Source of the DNA: an uncultured Verrucomicrobiae bacterium
GTDB taxonomy: Bacteria; Verrucomicrobiota; Verrucomicrobiia; Chthoniobacterales; JAFAMB01
Assembly: GCA_963837955.1 (NCBI GenBank)
Contig: CAWIPH010000002.1
Location: 3,840,001-3,904,000 of the forward strand
Direction of reading: 5' to 3'
DNA: 64,000 bases
Shown: piece by piece, positions 50,872 to 60,668 of the stretch
Layout of the letters: each line of letters begins with the position of its first letter
How positions within the stretch are numbered: position 1 is the first letter of the stretch
Made by a program: the position numbers and the translations under genes
Notes under the pieces: model-generated
Told to the model about the DNA's origin: nothing
What the model saw: only the letters and a program-made list of their open reading frames with translations
Databases searched by the model: none

Positions 50872-52017
50872 TCACTCTGTGGCTCCCAGGTAACGGTAGA
50901 CGAGGTCCCGCCACGCCGGGGAGGCCAGCCGGTGCAGGAGCGCGCGATCCACCGGCTTGCGCCACGGGCTGCCGTCGCGCAGGGCGATGCCGTATGGTTC
51001 TACCTGGAAGGTCTGCGGTAGGACTGTGATCTTCCCAGCATAAGGTTCGCTCCGTGCGATATAGCGCAGGGCTGGTGCGTCACTCAGAACGGCCTGCGCG
51101 CGGCCGCTCAACAGGACTTCTAAGAGGTCTTTCAGGGGCACGTGGATGTAGTCAATCTGCCGGCGCCTCAGGTAATCTTCGCTGGAGGTGCCCGCGATCA
51201 CGGCCACGTGGAGGCGGCGGAGGTCGTCTGCTCCGCGCACCACGAAGCCGCCAGGCCCCGCGTCCAGGCGTTCCGCGGTAAGGATCGAAGCCATCGAGGC
51301 GGTGAACCAAGAGACCAGAAATAGGCTGACGAACATCCACGCGATCGCCACCAGCCGGCCTACTGGGCTGCGCGGGGCCAAGTCGCCGTAGCCTACCGTC
51401 GTCATCGTCACCGCGCTCCACCAAAGGGCGGAGCCAATGCCCCGGCGTGCTTTCCCATCGCCGCCAAACTCCTTCGGGTTGCTCTTGCGCTCGAGCACCC
51501 AGATGAGCAGTGCCACCAGCACCAGCGAGACGAGCAGTGCCGCCACGATCCCCCAGAAATTCCACGCGAACACTCGCCCGAGCCACGACCACAACCCGCC
51601 CGCGTCGGGCGCAGTTTTCACCGCCACGCCGAGTCCGGATTGGAAAAATGGCTGGCTGAAATCCAACCGGTCTTCCCGCTCCGCGGTGATCGTCAGCGCG
51701 CCGATGCTCACGTCCAGCGGGCGGCCCGGAGCGAGGTCGTCGAACAACCCAGTCACCGTGGTCTCGCGGAACTCGGTGTCGATACCGAGGTCAGCGGCAA
51801 TCCACTGCCACAACTCCACGCTAATGCCGCTCCAGGAACCATCCTCACCCCGCATGCAGAACGGCGGCGACTGGGTCAAGCCCACCACCAATCGCGTCCG
51901 CGCGGGCGTTGGAACATGCGCTGGCTCCTGGCTGTAGGCGACGCCGAAGAACGGGAGCAGCGCCGCCAGGACGACGACGGTGACGGCCACGAGAGAGTTG
52001 CGATATGCGATCGCCAC
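50872..52017 (-). CDS. GluR0-like ligand-gated K+ channel (split solute-binding domain around a TVGYG pore)
   Basis: PPF, G..VELW, ITAERE..DFS.PF (S1); TM; WW..VTMTTVGYGD; TM; GTSS..YL, D.P.L.Y, YGIAL..GS (S2); start GTG 52017 inferred. Confidence 0.85.
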   Translation of the reverse strand: MAIAYRNSLVAVTVVVLAALLPFFGVAYSQEPAHVPTPARTRLVVGLTQSPPFCMRGEDGSWSGISVELWQWIAADLGIDTEFRETTVTGLFDDLAPGRPLDVSIGALTITAEREDRLDFSQPFFQSGLGVAVKTAPDAGGLWSWLGRVFAWNFWGIVAALLVSLVLVALLIWVLERKSNPKEFGGDGKARRGIGSALWWSAVTMTTVGYGDLAPRSPVGRLVAIAWMFVSLFLVSWFTASMASILTAERLDAGPGGFVVRGADDLRRLHVAVIAGTSSEDYLRRRQIDYIHVPLKDLLEVLLSGRAQAVLSDAPALRYIARSEPYAGKITVLPQTFQVEPYGIALRDGSPWRKPVDRALLHRLASPAWRDLVYRYLGATE

Positions 52018-52050
52018 GGACGCGAAAGCCGATACTCTTGCGCAACTCGA

Positions 52051-53424
52051 ATGCGTCCTTTCAATTCCAAAGATGCCGCCGATCGCAATTGGCGGCGCTT
52101 TATCCTTTTCCGTGTACTCTTTAACTCGCGGTTCTATTACCCGGTCCTGGCAGTGCTGTTCCTCGACCTCGGCCTGAGTGCGACGCAATATACCTTGCTG
52201 AATTTCGCGTGGGCAATCGCCATCGTCTGCACGGACCTGCCAGCCGGCGCCCTCGCGGATCGGATCGGACGTCGGCCTCTCGTCGTCGCGGCCGGCGCCG
52301 CCATGGTGATAGAAATGGTGGTCCTCTGCGTGGCGCCGGCCCGCGGCGGGACGTTGCTCTTTCTCCTTTGCCTGGCGAACCGATTGCTCAGCGGCATCGC
52401 CGAGGGCCTGGCGAGCGGCGCGGACGAGGCGCTCGTCTTCGATTCCCTCGCCGAAAGCGGACGATCCGCGGAATGGCCGCAGGTACTCGACCAAGTCACC
52501 CGTTACCAGTCGGTAGGTTTGGTTGTCGCGATGATCGTCGGCGGCGCGATCTATGATCCCGGGTTTATGAACGCGATCGCCAGCGCGCTCAGATTTCCCA
52601 TGGGTTTCACGCAGGGCACCACGCTGCGTTTTCCAATTTATCTTAACCTCGTCACGGCCGCGCTCACGCTCGTTGTCGCCCTCAGTATGCGGGAGCCAAA
52701 CCGAAAATCGACGTGCAACACCTCGGTCGCGGATGACCAAACTCAGCCGTCGAAGGAAACCGCCATCGAGGGGGTGCTGACTGCGGGAGCGTGGATTGCC
52801 CACACGCCGCTCGCACTCTTCGTGATTCTTGCAGGCGTGCTTCTCGACTCGGTGATCCGACTGTTCCTGACGTTCGCGAGCTCGTACTTCCGGCTGATCG
52901 ACCTGCCGGCAGCTAGTTACGGTCTGATCTGGGCGGCCCTTGGAGCGCTCGGCTTCCTTGTCTCGCCGGTCGCGCGACGGATGGTGCAGCGGGGCTCGCC
53001 AGCAGGAAACTTCGTCTGGGTGGCGGTTGTTACGCTGACGGCCCTTGCTGGACTGGCGCTGCGCTGGCGGTGGTGGGGTGTGGTATTCACCTTCCCGCTT
53101 GGTGCCTCTATGGTCGCGATTGGTTTTTTCCTCTCGTATTATCTGAACGCACTCGTCGAATCGCATCGGCGCGCGACAGTCCTTTCTTTCAAAGGCGTTG
53201 CATTCAATCTCGGCTACGGCTTGGTAAGCCTGCTTTTTGCCTTCTTGCTGAGGACCCTGCGTGACGGAGGCAGCGCCGAACAGGTCTTCGGCCGCACGCT
53301 GATCTGGCTGTGCGTTTGGCTCGCGCTGGCGCTCGCATTGCTGGGAGTGTTTTTCCGACGACATGCCCCATTGTTGCGGCAGGTAGGTGCGGTCGCCACC
53401 GACGCCTCGGAAAGTCCGCCTTAA
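52051..53424 (+). CDS. MFS transporter
   Basis: P.G.LADRIGRR motif A, SGADEAL..DSL, RAT.LS; about 12 TMs; ATG at 52051. Confidence 0.9.
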   Translation: MRPFNSKDAADRNWRRFILFRVLFNSRFYYPVLAVLFLDLGLSATQYTLLNFAWAIAIVCTDLPAGALADRIGRRPLVVAAGAAMVIEMVVLCVAPARGGTLLFLLCLANRLLSGIAEGLASGADEALVFDSLAESGRSAEWPQVLDQVTRYQSVGLVVAMIVGGAIYDPGFMNAIASALRFPMGFTQGTTLRFPIYLNLVTAALTLVVALSMREPNRKSTCNTSVADDQTQPSKETAIEGVLTAGAWIAHTPLALFVILAGVLLDSVIRLFLTFASSYFRLIDLPAASYGLIWAALGALGFLVSPVARRMVQRGSPAGNFVWVAVVTLTALAGLALRWRWWGVVFTFPLGASMVAIGFFLSYYLNALVESHRRATVLSFKGVAFNLGYGLVSLLFAFLLRTLRDGGSAEQVFGRTLIWLCVWLALALALLGVFFRRHAPLLRQVGAVATDASESPP

Positions 53425-53666
53425 ATTCGCAAGGTCAATCGGCATCGCGTCTTGTCTCTCTCTGTTTTGTATGGAGGACCCCAGGAAATCCTTTAGCGCT
53501 GACCAGCCGCGGCCTGCTGGAATGCTCGAAAGTCCATCAGTTCCAATACCCTTTGAGACGATAACGAGCTAACGACTGGTTTAGTCGTGGCTTGATCTTC
53601 ACTAGTCCGGAACTGTGTAAGCAAGCTTGAGCAAAAACGCTCTAATCTAAGTTAATGATTTGTCGA

Positions 53667-53692
53667 TAGCGCTAACGGGTTTCGAACCCGTG
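53667..53692 (-). other. tRNA 3'-half fragment (att remnant), Glu-like
   Basis: Minus strand CACGGGTTCGAAACCCGTTAGCGCTA gives a T-arm plus acceptor 3' strand, with no D or anticodon arm. Confidence 0.55.
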
Positions 53693-54344
53693 ATTCGCCA
53701 AAGCACGCGTCCCCGTGGGCTAAACCGGACCCTGTTGGGCGGCGCCCACGGGCGGAGGGTCTCCCTTTTTAGCGGCAGCAAAGGCCTTAATCCGTTGCTC
53801 CTTCTTAAGGCGCCTTTTCCGATGCCTCAGGTTCACACGACCTTTGTAAGCTCCCATAATGTTTGGGAGCTTAATCCGATTTCTGAAAGTTGCCTAGAGA
53901 CGGTTTTTAGCCCGAGACGCTGTCGGCTCAAATTAGATTAAACAGGGGTTTGCACGTGAAACTTGATCGCGAATCCTTGGAAAATTTCAACGGTTCCTTA
54001 ATTACTGTCTCAGTCGAAACTTTCGGTTCTAAAAAACACTAACCCACATCGTCCTTGGTCGGATTGCTGAAATGCTTTAAGCCTACCGCATGATGAGTGT
54101 ATAGCTCTTTCGGGTGCGAGGTAATTGGCCCGGTCGGCTGATGGCGATGCCAAGAGTGCCAGGTTACTTTCAGTCAATTCGTATGACCTGGCTTGCGCAG
54201 CTCTCCTTCTTTTTCATGCTATAGGGCATCGTTGATACGATGTACACGGCATTGCGAAAGTAGACGAGTAGACAGCACAGCCACCGACGGATTTTGACCC
54301 GGGAGCGTTCGGAAGGTTTCATCCGATCGAAGGATTCAAATAAA

Positions 54345-54406
54345 AAGGGGCACGTCTAAATATTCAACACACCATTGCCATATGTGTTGAAAGCAGACTC
54401 GACCCT
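54345..54406. repeat. GGGG(T)CACGT-type palindromic repeat, copy 1
   Basis: GGGGCACGTCTAAATATTCAACACA-N11-TGTGTTGAAAGCAGACTCGACCC. Confidence 0.7.
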
Positions 54407-54775
54407 ATTCGGGGTTGTCCTTGCGCTAGACCTTTGAGTTAACTGCCCCGAGCGTTCCACGCCCCCGAGAGTGCTTTCTGATCGCTTTCGCGCTTCGCAC
54501 CTGTCGCTACACTTGATTGTACTAACACGCGGGCTGTCAATACGTACAATGACGCATAGCAACATATATTCAAATGCGCTAATGATACGATCGGAGTTCG
54601 GCGCTTTGATGTCGAAAGTCCCGATGTACTATCCCCGCTTTTCTTTCAAACGTTCCGGGGCTGATCTCCCCCTGCAGTCGTTAGCTCCCGTCTTTAGCAA
54701 TCTAGAGTCAGTGCTTTGCAGGCTAGGGGCAGATCAACCTCACGAACACACATTCATCTTCCAAAAGGAGGCAAA

Positions 54776-55132
54776 TTGGGCCCGACTAACAAAAACATAA
54801 ACGATGCGCTCGCCGCTATATCGAAGCGTCTGGGTGCTGGCGTCGTTGTCCCGGACACAAGCCGAAACCAGTTAATCGAATCCTTCGCCCAACTTGCGCC
54901 GGCCATCAACGTATTCCTTGGCATCATTGCCTACGCCGGTTCGAGCGCAGACGGCCAAAATGCAGTTCAGTTCAACGATCAATCGACAAATACAGGCTAT
55001 GCTTCGACTTGGCCGCAGTGGGCTTTCGACCTAGCAAAAGCTGCACTCCTGAGCAGCAAGAGGGTCTTGATCATTGCCAATGGGCAACCGTTCGGCAGCA
55101 ATCTTGCATCAGTGCTGATCTACGATTTTTAA
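54776..55132 (+). CDS. hypothetical protein
   Basis: AAGGAGG Shine-Dalgarno before TTG 54776; protein-like composition (WPQWAFDLAKAALL). Confidence 0.65.
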   Translation: MGPTNKNINDALAAISKRLGAGVVVPDTSRNQLIESFAQLAPAINVFLGIIAYAGSSADGQNAVQFNDQSTNTGYASTWPQWAFDLAKAALLSSKRVLIIANGQPFGSNLASVLIYDF

Positions 55133-55230
55133 TTGTAAATCAGCAGAGATCAGTCGGCAGATCTCGTCAGCTTCGATCCTGGACAGATCTGTTCGTGTTC
55201 CACCCGACTCCTTTTGCACGGTGAGTCGAG

Positions 55231-55554
55231 ATGGGAATCACATTAAACGGAGCGCCACCCATTGAACTGACCGTCCTTCCCGAATCGCTTCGGTGTGGCG
55301 TTGTTTTCGGGTCCGGATCGGTCATTGCCGTCAAACGCTTCCCTGAGAATGGAAAATGGGGAGAAGGTTCGCATATCCAGCGCGATATTGACGGCCCATT
55401 ACCCAGAGTGGATAGTAACGCAGGTATGGGGCCTCTTGTTACGATTTGGGGTGGTCGTCCGGATTTTTGGAAATTGAGACATGCGCTTTGGCTGCTCTTG
55501 GCCATCACGTCGCTTATCTTGATGGCGATCACTAACATTCTCAAATACTCCTGA
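55231..55554 (+). CDS. hypothetical protein with C-terminal TM helix
   Basis: Open frame; its stop codon abuts repeat copy 2. Confidence 0.5.
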   Translation: MGITLNGAPPIELTVLPESLRCGVVFGSGSVIAVKRFPENGKWGEGSHIQRDIDGPLPRVDSNAGMGPLVTIWGGRPDFWKLRHALWLLLAITSLILMAITNILKYS

Positions 55555-55599
55555 AGGGGTCACGTTCAAATACTCAACACAATCGTCATAAGTGTTGAA
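55554..55599. repeat. GGGG(T)CACGT-type palindromic repeat, copy 2
   Basis: AAGGGGTCACGTTCAAATACTCAACACAATCGTCATAAGTGTTGAA, a direct repeat of copy 1. Confidence 0.7.
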
Positions 55600-55627
55600 C
55601 CTTACCTATATTCTCCATTCAACATTC

Positions 55628-56062
55628 ATGATCCAGGAAATTGGAAATCGCGATAGCAAACCGACCTGTCGAGTGGTCGCCGCTCAGCCGGAATTCACTG
55701 GCAGGCAAGCCCTCTTGTACGCGCCGGGAATCTCGGCGGAATCGGTGGGTGCGGAGAAAATCCACTTGCAGATTGTGACCATCCCGCCCGGCGCACGAGC
55801 GAACACGCACAAGCATGAGGGCCACGAGAGTGCCATCTATGTCTTGAGCGGTGAATCGGGCATGTGGTATGGCGAGAAGCTCGAAGAACATCTCTGCGCT
55901 CGGGCCGGCGAATTCCTCTACATCCCTGCTAATATGCCCCACCTCCCCCACAATCTCAGCGATACGGAAAACTGCGTCGCGCTCATTGCACGCACGGATC
56001 CCAACGAGCAAGAGAGCGTCGTATTGCTGCCCGAGCTAGACCGAATCCACGCCAAAGAATGA
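55628..56062 (+). CDS. cupin-domain protein (RmlC-like)
   Basis: GISAE.VGA, IPPG...H.H..HE..IY.L.G, G.F.YIP..PH.P.N, RTDPNEQESV. Confidence 0.88.
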   Translation: MIQEIGNRDSKPTCRVVAAQPEFTGRQALLYAPGISAESVGAEKIHLQIVTIPPGARANTHKHEGHESAIYVLSGESGMWYGEKLEEHLCARAGEFLYIPANMPHLPHNLSDTENCVALIARTDPNEQESVVLLPELDRIHAKE

Positions 56063-56208
56063 GGAAGGAGAATGCGGACGTCCGCATCGCACCTCCTAAA
56101 TTCTAAATTCTAGCTTCTGGCTTCCGCATTCGAGACCAAGCTTGCCTAGCCGATCGAAAATCCCCCGATCTGTCCGCAATTGAGACTGGAAACCGCGTCT
56201 CATCTAAG

Positions 56209-56712
56209 ATGACGACCATCCGGAAGCTTCCGTTCGTTCGTGGTGCGCTCACGGTTCTATTGCTCTTCACCGCCGCCTCGCTATTGCTCTTGGTACTGAG
56301 TGCTTCCATCGACGCAAAATACCGGGAAACGGTCTTGCACTCGGCCCGATTTAAGCCGGTACTGACGATTGAGGCGCTTCCGAGTGACGTGCGAGCCGTG
56401 TGCTTTCCGCACATGCCGGTTGCGAACCCGAAAGAATATTGGAGCATAGGCTGCGGTCCCAAATCACCCGACTCGCCGTCCGCCCGTCTGGCCTGGGCCG
56501 TAACCGATGGTGAACTCTGGTTGGTGGAATGGGAACGCGGTGGAATCTATTATGACTGGGATGTGGCGCTGTTCAGCAAAAAATTCGGCGCCAAAGCCGA
56601 GGTGGTTTGGGGAAGAACCATGAACCAATCCGGCAGTACGCATCCCCGCCAGAAAATACCGTTTCAGACTTTTGAGGAATTCAAAAACTCGCTCCGCCAG
56701 ACCGCGTCATAA
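56209..56712 (+). CDS. hypothetical exported or membrane-anchored protein
   Basis: N-terminal hydrophobic helix; MANP..W..GC...P.ARL and ERGG patterns. Confidence 0.6.
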   Translation: MTTIRKLPFVRGALTVLLLFTAASLLLLVLSASIDAKYRETVLHSARFKPVLTIEALPSDVRAVCFPHMPVANPKEYWSIGCGPKSPDSPSARLAWAVTDGELWLVEWERGGIYYDWDVALFSKKFGAKAEVVWGRTMNQSGSTHPRQKIPFQTFEEFKNSLRQTAS

Positions 56713-56802
56713 GCTTGGCGATCTCGCGCGAAACGGTTCGAGGACTCGGCCTCCCCGATTCTAATTTCCAACTTTCTAGATTCTAGATTCCGCATTCTGG
56801 GC

Positions 56803-57381
56803 TCATGCCGTACTCCAATAAATCGCGTAGCTAACCACCCAGAATGCGAGCCAGAGTGCTGCGGTGAGGCGTTGATGATTTCGAATCCAGCGTTTGAGGA
56901 ACCATCCCAGAAAAGTTGGGACCAGCCAGCTGAGAGCCACTCGTTCTAGTCGCGCCAAAACACTAACCAATGCCCACATACCCGGGGTGGTGATCGGTGG
57001 CGCGAGAACCGCATACACTTTGTACGGAATACCAGTACCAAGAGTGTAAAATATTCCGGTAACTCCGTGGCTCCGATAATCGTCCTGCACCTTATCGAAC
57101 ATTCTGGCTCGAACAAAGGGCACGGAAGCAACCGCGGAATGGGCCGCGTTCGGCTGCCAGACAGCCCACATATACATGCAAAGACCAGCTAGGACAGCGC
57201 CCGCCAGAATCGATCCGAGAATTTTGATCCCGCATTTAGCGCTGGCCAGCGAGGCCCAACTAAGCACGAGATCGGGGACAATGAAAAAGAGCGTCCCCTC
57301 GGCGAAACCCCACAGAAACCCCAACCACCATCCCGGGCACCATAACCCGGTGGCTGAGGATATTTTGGCTGGTTGGGCCAT
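56803..57381 (-). CDS. membrane protein, YqaA/DedA-like
   Basis: WGFAE.T.FFIVPD, GA.L.G...Y, GIPYKVY; ATG at 57381. Confidence 0.7.
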   Translation of the reverse strand: MAQPAKISSATGLWCPGWWLGFLWGFAEGTLFFIVPDLVLSWASLASAKCGIKILGSILAGAVLAGLCMYMWAVWQPNAAHSAVASVPFVRARMFDKVQDDYRSHGVTGIFYTLGTGIPYKVYAVLAPPITTPGMWALVSVLARLERVALSWLVPTFLGWFLKRWIRNHQRLTAALWLAFWVVSYAIYWSTA

Positions 57382-57391
57382 GCTTACATCA

Positions 57392-57625
57392 CTATTGGGG
57401 AGTGGTCGATGGCCTTTCCAGGTGGGTTGCAGGGGTTGGCATCGGCTTCGGCCACAGGTGCAGCCTTCCGCTGAGTAGCGCGGGAAGCAGGCCTGGGTTT
57501 CGCGCGGCCAAGCCGCCCGCGAAAAACACGCTAGCCACGAAGAGCAAGAGCGCTCCAAGTCCGATCAAGTTCCAAATTTTGCCGCCCTTCCGTGTACCCG
57601 GCCTATACAAGTTGTCCTCTCCCAT
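57392..57625 (-). CDS. small single-TM protein
   Basis: One TM helix with a Pro-rich tail; GGAG next to the ATG; 10 nt upstream of the next gene. Confidence 0.55.
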   Translation of the reverse strand: MGEDNLYRPGTRKGGKIWNLIGLGALLLFVASVFFAGGLAARNPGLLPALLSGRLHLWPKPMPTPATHLERPSTTPQ

Positions 57626-57813
57626 CTCCGGCCTGCGACTCTAGATTTGGAACCCGAAAAGCCAAGTCAATTCGCCCCTTCATGACAGGGTCAGGACGAC
57701 ACTCGCGGCACAAGGGATCCTTGATTCGCCGCTGAATTGCGGAGGCTGGAGCATCCGCCTACGTGGCAACCGGCCATAACCGAACTGCCGCGAGATCGTT
57801 CTCCGCTCTTCCG

Positions 57814-58545
57814 CTAGCCAGCGTGCAGCGTTTGCCGGCCCAGAAACTCTTCGTGATGCCGCAAAACTGCTTGCTCTAGAACCTCTACGGCCCGAGCGAA
57901 ACCTAGTCTGCCGGTATTGAGCACCAAGTCATAAAGCAAAGGGTCATCGACATCAGCGTCAAAGTAGCGTCGCAAATATCGGCGCCGCGCGTGATCCGAC
58001 TCCTTAATCAGTTTAGCCGCGTCTGCCGTCGTGAGATTATAATATTGAGCGGTATGATGGATTCGCTTCTCCAGTGGCGCGACTAAACGGGCATGGAAAA
58101 CATACGGCAACCGGTTCGTGATAACTTCGGCGCCTCGACCTACTAAGACGACGCGGCCTAACCCGGCCAAACGAAGGATAGTTTTGGTCGTTTGCTGAGC
58201 CAGTGTCCACGCTGTCGGATGAAGACCCAACAACTCCTCGACGATCGTTTCGACTGGGAGCCGCGCGTCTTCAACCATGAATTGCTCCAGATTCGGCGGA
58301 AGTTCATGATCCACCAAGACTTGTTTCGCTAAGTTGCGATCAAAAACCGTCCAACCTGTACTCCCCTCAGGCGGTTTAGCGGCTACATTCAACCGCTCAA
58401 CTAACATCTGCGCGATGGTAACCGCTCCGGCTCCGGCTTCGCGGGAGATCGTAATTGACGGTTGCTGCGGTTCCAGAGGTCTCTCTGGGGCGGCTGCTTG
58501 GGACTGGAGGTAGCCGCTAAATGCTTTCAGAGGTGAAACTCGCAT
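57814..58545 (-). CDS. cytidylate kinase-like family protein
   Basis: ITISRE.GAG, VGRG, RL.AP...R, D..R..Y...YF..D..D...YDL.LNT. Confidence 0.85.
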   Translation of the reverse strand: MRVSPLKAFSGYLQSQAAAPERPLEPQQPSITISREAGAGAVTIAQMLVERLNVAAKPPEGSTGWTVFDRNLAKQVLVDHELPPNLEQFMVEDARLPVETIVEELLGLHPTAWTLAQQTTKTILRLAGLGRVVLVGRGAEVITNRLPYVFHARLVAPLEKRIHHTAQYYNLTTADAAKLIKESDHARRRYLRRYFDADVDDPLLYDLVLNTGRLGFARAVEVLEQAVLRHHEEFLGRQTLHAG

Positions 58546-58730
58546 ATGCCGGCTCTCTACTTTCGATCTAAACAGAGAAAAAACGAGCAATTTTCATTAG
58601 GAATCGTCTCTTCATTTTCAGGTTTGATTTTGCAGCCGGCCTAGTGCTGGAGCGTTGCGAATTCCGTGAAGATTTTGGCGTGCAGGAACAAGACTAGACG
58701 ATAGACTCGCGACGAACCACCGAACCGATT

Positions 58731-60668
58731 ATGGCTCTGCTCGACTATATTCTCGGCCGCCCACTCGCTTCCAGCGAAGATCAACAAGAACGCATCGGAC
58801 CGCTCGCCGGAGTTTCCGTCTTTGGATTGGATGCACTCAGCTCCGCTGCTTACGGACCCGAGGCGGCTCTCACTATCTTGATTCCCCTCGGAGTCGCTGG
58901 GGTCCACTATGGCCTGGATATTACCATTGCCGTTTCCGTTATTCTCATCATCGTCTATTTCAGTTATCGGCAAACGATTGCGGCGTATCCTCAAGGCGCC
59001 GGATCCTACACGGTGGCAAAACAAAATTTGGGGAAACATGCCGGCTTATGGGCCGCCGTAGCCCTGCTGGTCGATTATACGCTCAACGTCGCGGTCGGCA
59101 TTTCGGCTGGAATCGGCGCATTGACCTCGGCGTTCCCGATCTTACAACCGTATACCTTGATCCTTTGTTTGGCTGCCCTCGTTTTCCTGGCATTCTTGAA
59201 TTTGCGTGGTCTGCGCGAATCCGGATTGGCTTTCATGCCGCCCACCTACCTTTTCGTGGGCTGCCTTTTGCTTGTTTGTCTCGTCGGGATTGTAAAAACG
59301 ATTGTCTATGGGGGGCACCCGCAGGCGGTTGTGGCGCCGCCGGTCGTTCCCCAGGCGGCGCAAGCTTCGATTTCAATTTGGCTTTTCCTAAAAGCTTTTG
59401 CTGCCGGTTGCACCGCAATGACTGGGGTCGAGGCGGTGAGCAATGGCGTTCCGGTATTCAAGGACCCATCGGTGAGGTCGGCTCGTCTGACTCTAACCTT
59501 TATCGTAGCGACCCTGATCGTCCTGTTGCTCGGGATCGCTTACCTGGTGGCCGCGTATCGCATCGTCGCTACTGATCCCGGCTCGCCCAATTATCAAAGC
59601 ATTCTTTCTCTCGTCACGGCAGCCGTCGTCGGACGTGGCGTGTTTTACTACGTCACCATGGTCGCGATTCTGTTGGTGCTTTGCCTGTCGGCAAACACGT
59701 CCTTCGCCGATTTTCCGCGCGTTTGCCGGACCGTTTCGATCGATGGATTTCTACCGGCTTCGTTCGGGGTTCGTGGCCGGCGCCTGGTCTACACGCAGGG
59801 CATTCTTTTGCTGACTGTGTTAGCCGGTACACTGCTTTTCGCGTTCAACGGAGTCACCGATAGACTCATTCCCTTATTCGCTGTCGGCGCCTTCTTGGCG
59901 TTCACCCTCTCTCAGGCCGGGATGGTCGTGCACTGGCTGAAATCGCAAGAACCCCGTGCGCGATTGAGCGCTACCGTCAACGGGATTGGCGCCTTAGCCA
60001 CCGGCATTACGCTCATCATCGTCATCGTGACAAAATTTGCCGAGGGAGCTTGGCTAGTCTTGATCGTGCTCCCGCTCTTGTATTTCTGCATGCATGCGAT
60101 CGAACGGCACTATCAACAGGTCGCCGCTGAGATTGCTATCTCCGGTCCTATCTCGTTGCGGGAGCCTAGCTCTTTGATCGCGGTCGTTCCTCTCGATCAT
60201 CTTAACACTGTCGCCGCGCGAGCCCTGCAAGCAGCATTCGCTGTCTCCGAACTAGTGCATGTCGTTCACGTCGAGCATGAGGATGGGGACCAAGACTTTG
60301 CTGCCGATTGGGATAAATATGTCAAACCTTCGATCGAACAGAGCGGCTTAACCGAGCCTAAAGTCGTGGTTCTGAAGTCACCCTATCGCAAAATCGTCGC
60401 TCCGACGTTGAATTATATTTGGAACCTGGAACGAGAAAATCCGGACAATTCAATCGTTGTTCTGATTCCTCAACTGGTCGAATCGCATTGGTACTACAGC
60501 TTTTTGCATAATCAGCGAGCAGCAATCCTTCGCACCGTCTTGCTATTGAAGGGACGGAATCGGATTCTGATCATGGATGTGCCATGGCATCTGGAATGCC
60601 AAACGCAAACACGCGGACATCATCGCATGGAACCGTGGGATCAAGCCCCAGCTTGGCTGGACAGGTAG
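58731..60668 (+). CDS. APC-family permease, KimA/YdaO-like K+ transporter
   Basis: DALSS.AYG.E, SYRQTI.AYP.G.GSY, ALL.DY.L.VAV, TG.EA.SNG, LIPLFAVG.F..FTLSQ.GM, SPYR, LHNQ. Confidence 0.85.
   Translation: MALLDYILGRPLASSEDQQERIGPLAGVSVFGLDALSSAAYGPEAALTILIPLGVAGVHYGLDITIAVSVILIIVYFSYRQTIAAYPQGAGSYTVAKQNLGKHAGLWAAVALLVDYTLNVAVGISAGIGALTSAFPILQPYTLILCLAALVFLAFLNLRGLRESGLAFMPPTYLFVGCLLLVCLVGIVKTIVYGGHPQAVVAPPVVPQAAQASISIWLFLKAFAAGCTAMTGVEAVSNGVPVFKDPSVRSARLTLTFIVATLIVLLLGIAYLVAAYRIVATDPGSPNYQSILSLVTAAVVGRGVFYYVTMVAILLVLCLSANTSFADFPRVCRTVSIDGFLPASFGVRGRRLVYTQGILLLTVLAGTLLFAFNGVTDRLIPLFAVGAFLAFTLSQAGMVVHWLKSQEPRARLSATVNGIGALATGITLIIVIVTKFAEGAWLVLIVLPLLYFCMHAIERHYQQVAAEIAISGPISLREPSSLIAVVPLDHLNTVAARALQAAFAVSELVHVVHVEHEDGDQDFAADWDKYVKPSIEQSGLTEPKVVVLKSPYRKIVAPTLNYIWNLERENPDNSIVVLIPQLVESHWYYSFLHNQRAAILRTVLLLKGRNRILIMDVPWHLECQTQTRGHHRMEPWDQAPAWLDR

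Noticed and set aside
50872..53445. 857-aa ORF suggesting a giant channel fusion or a fully overlapping antisense gene
   Set aside because: Its N-terminal ~476 codons are the antisense shadow of the GC-rich MFS gene (Arg/Gln/His-rich, no motifs); only the C-terminal ~381 aa look real. The 51640 extension of the MFS ORF is the same kind of shadow.
53827..53856. dif-like site (AGCTCCCATAA...)
   Set aside because: There is no XerD-type arm; it is better explained as a perfect 10-bp hairpin.
47813..57800. Prophage or anti-phage defence island
   Set aside because: No terminase, capsid, integrase, nuclease, RT or recognisable defence domain; the S74 protein has a signal peptide.
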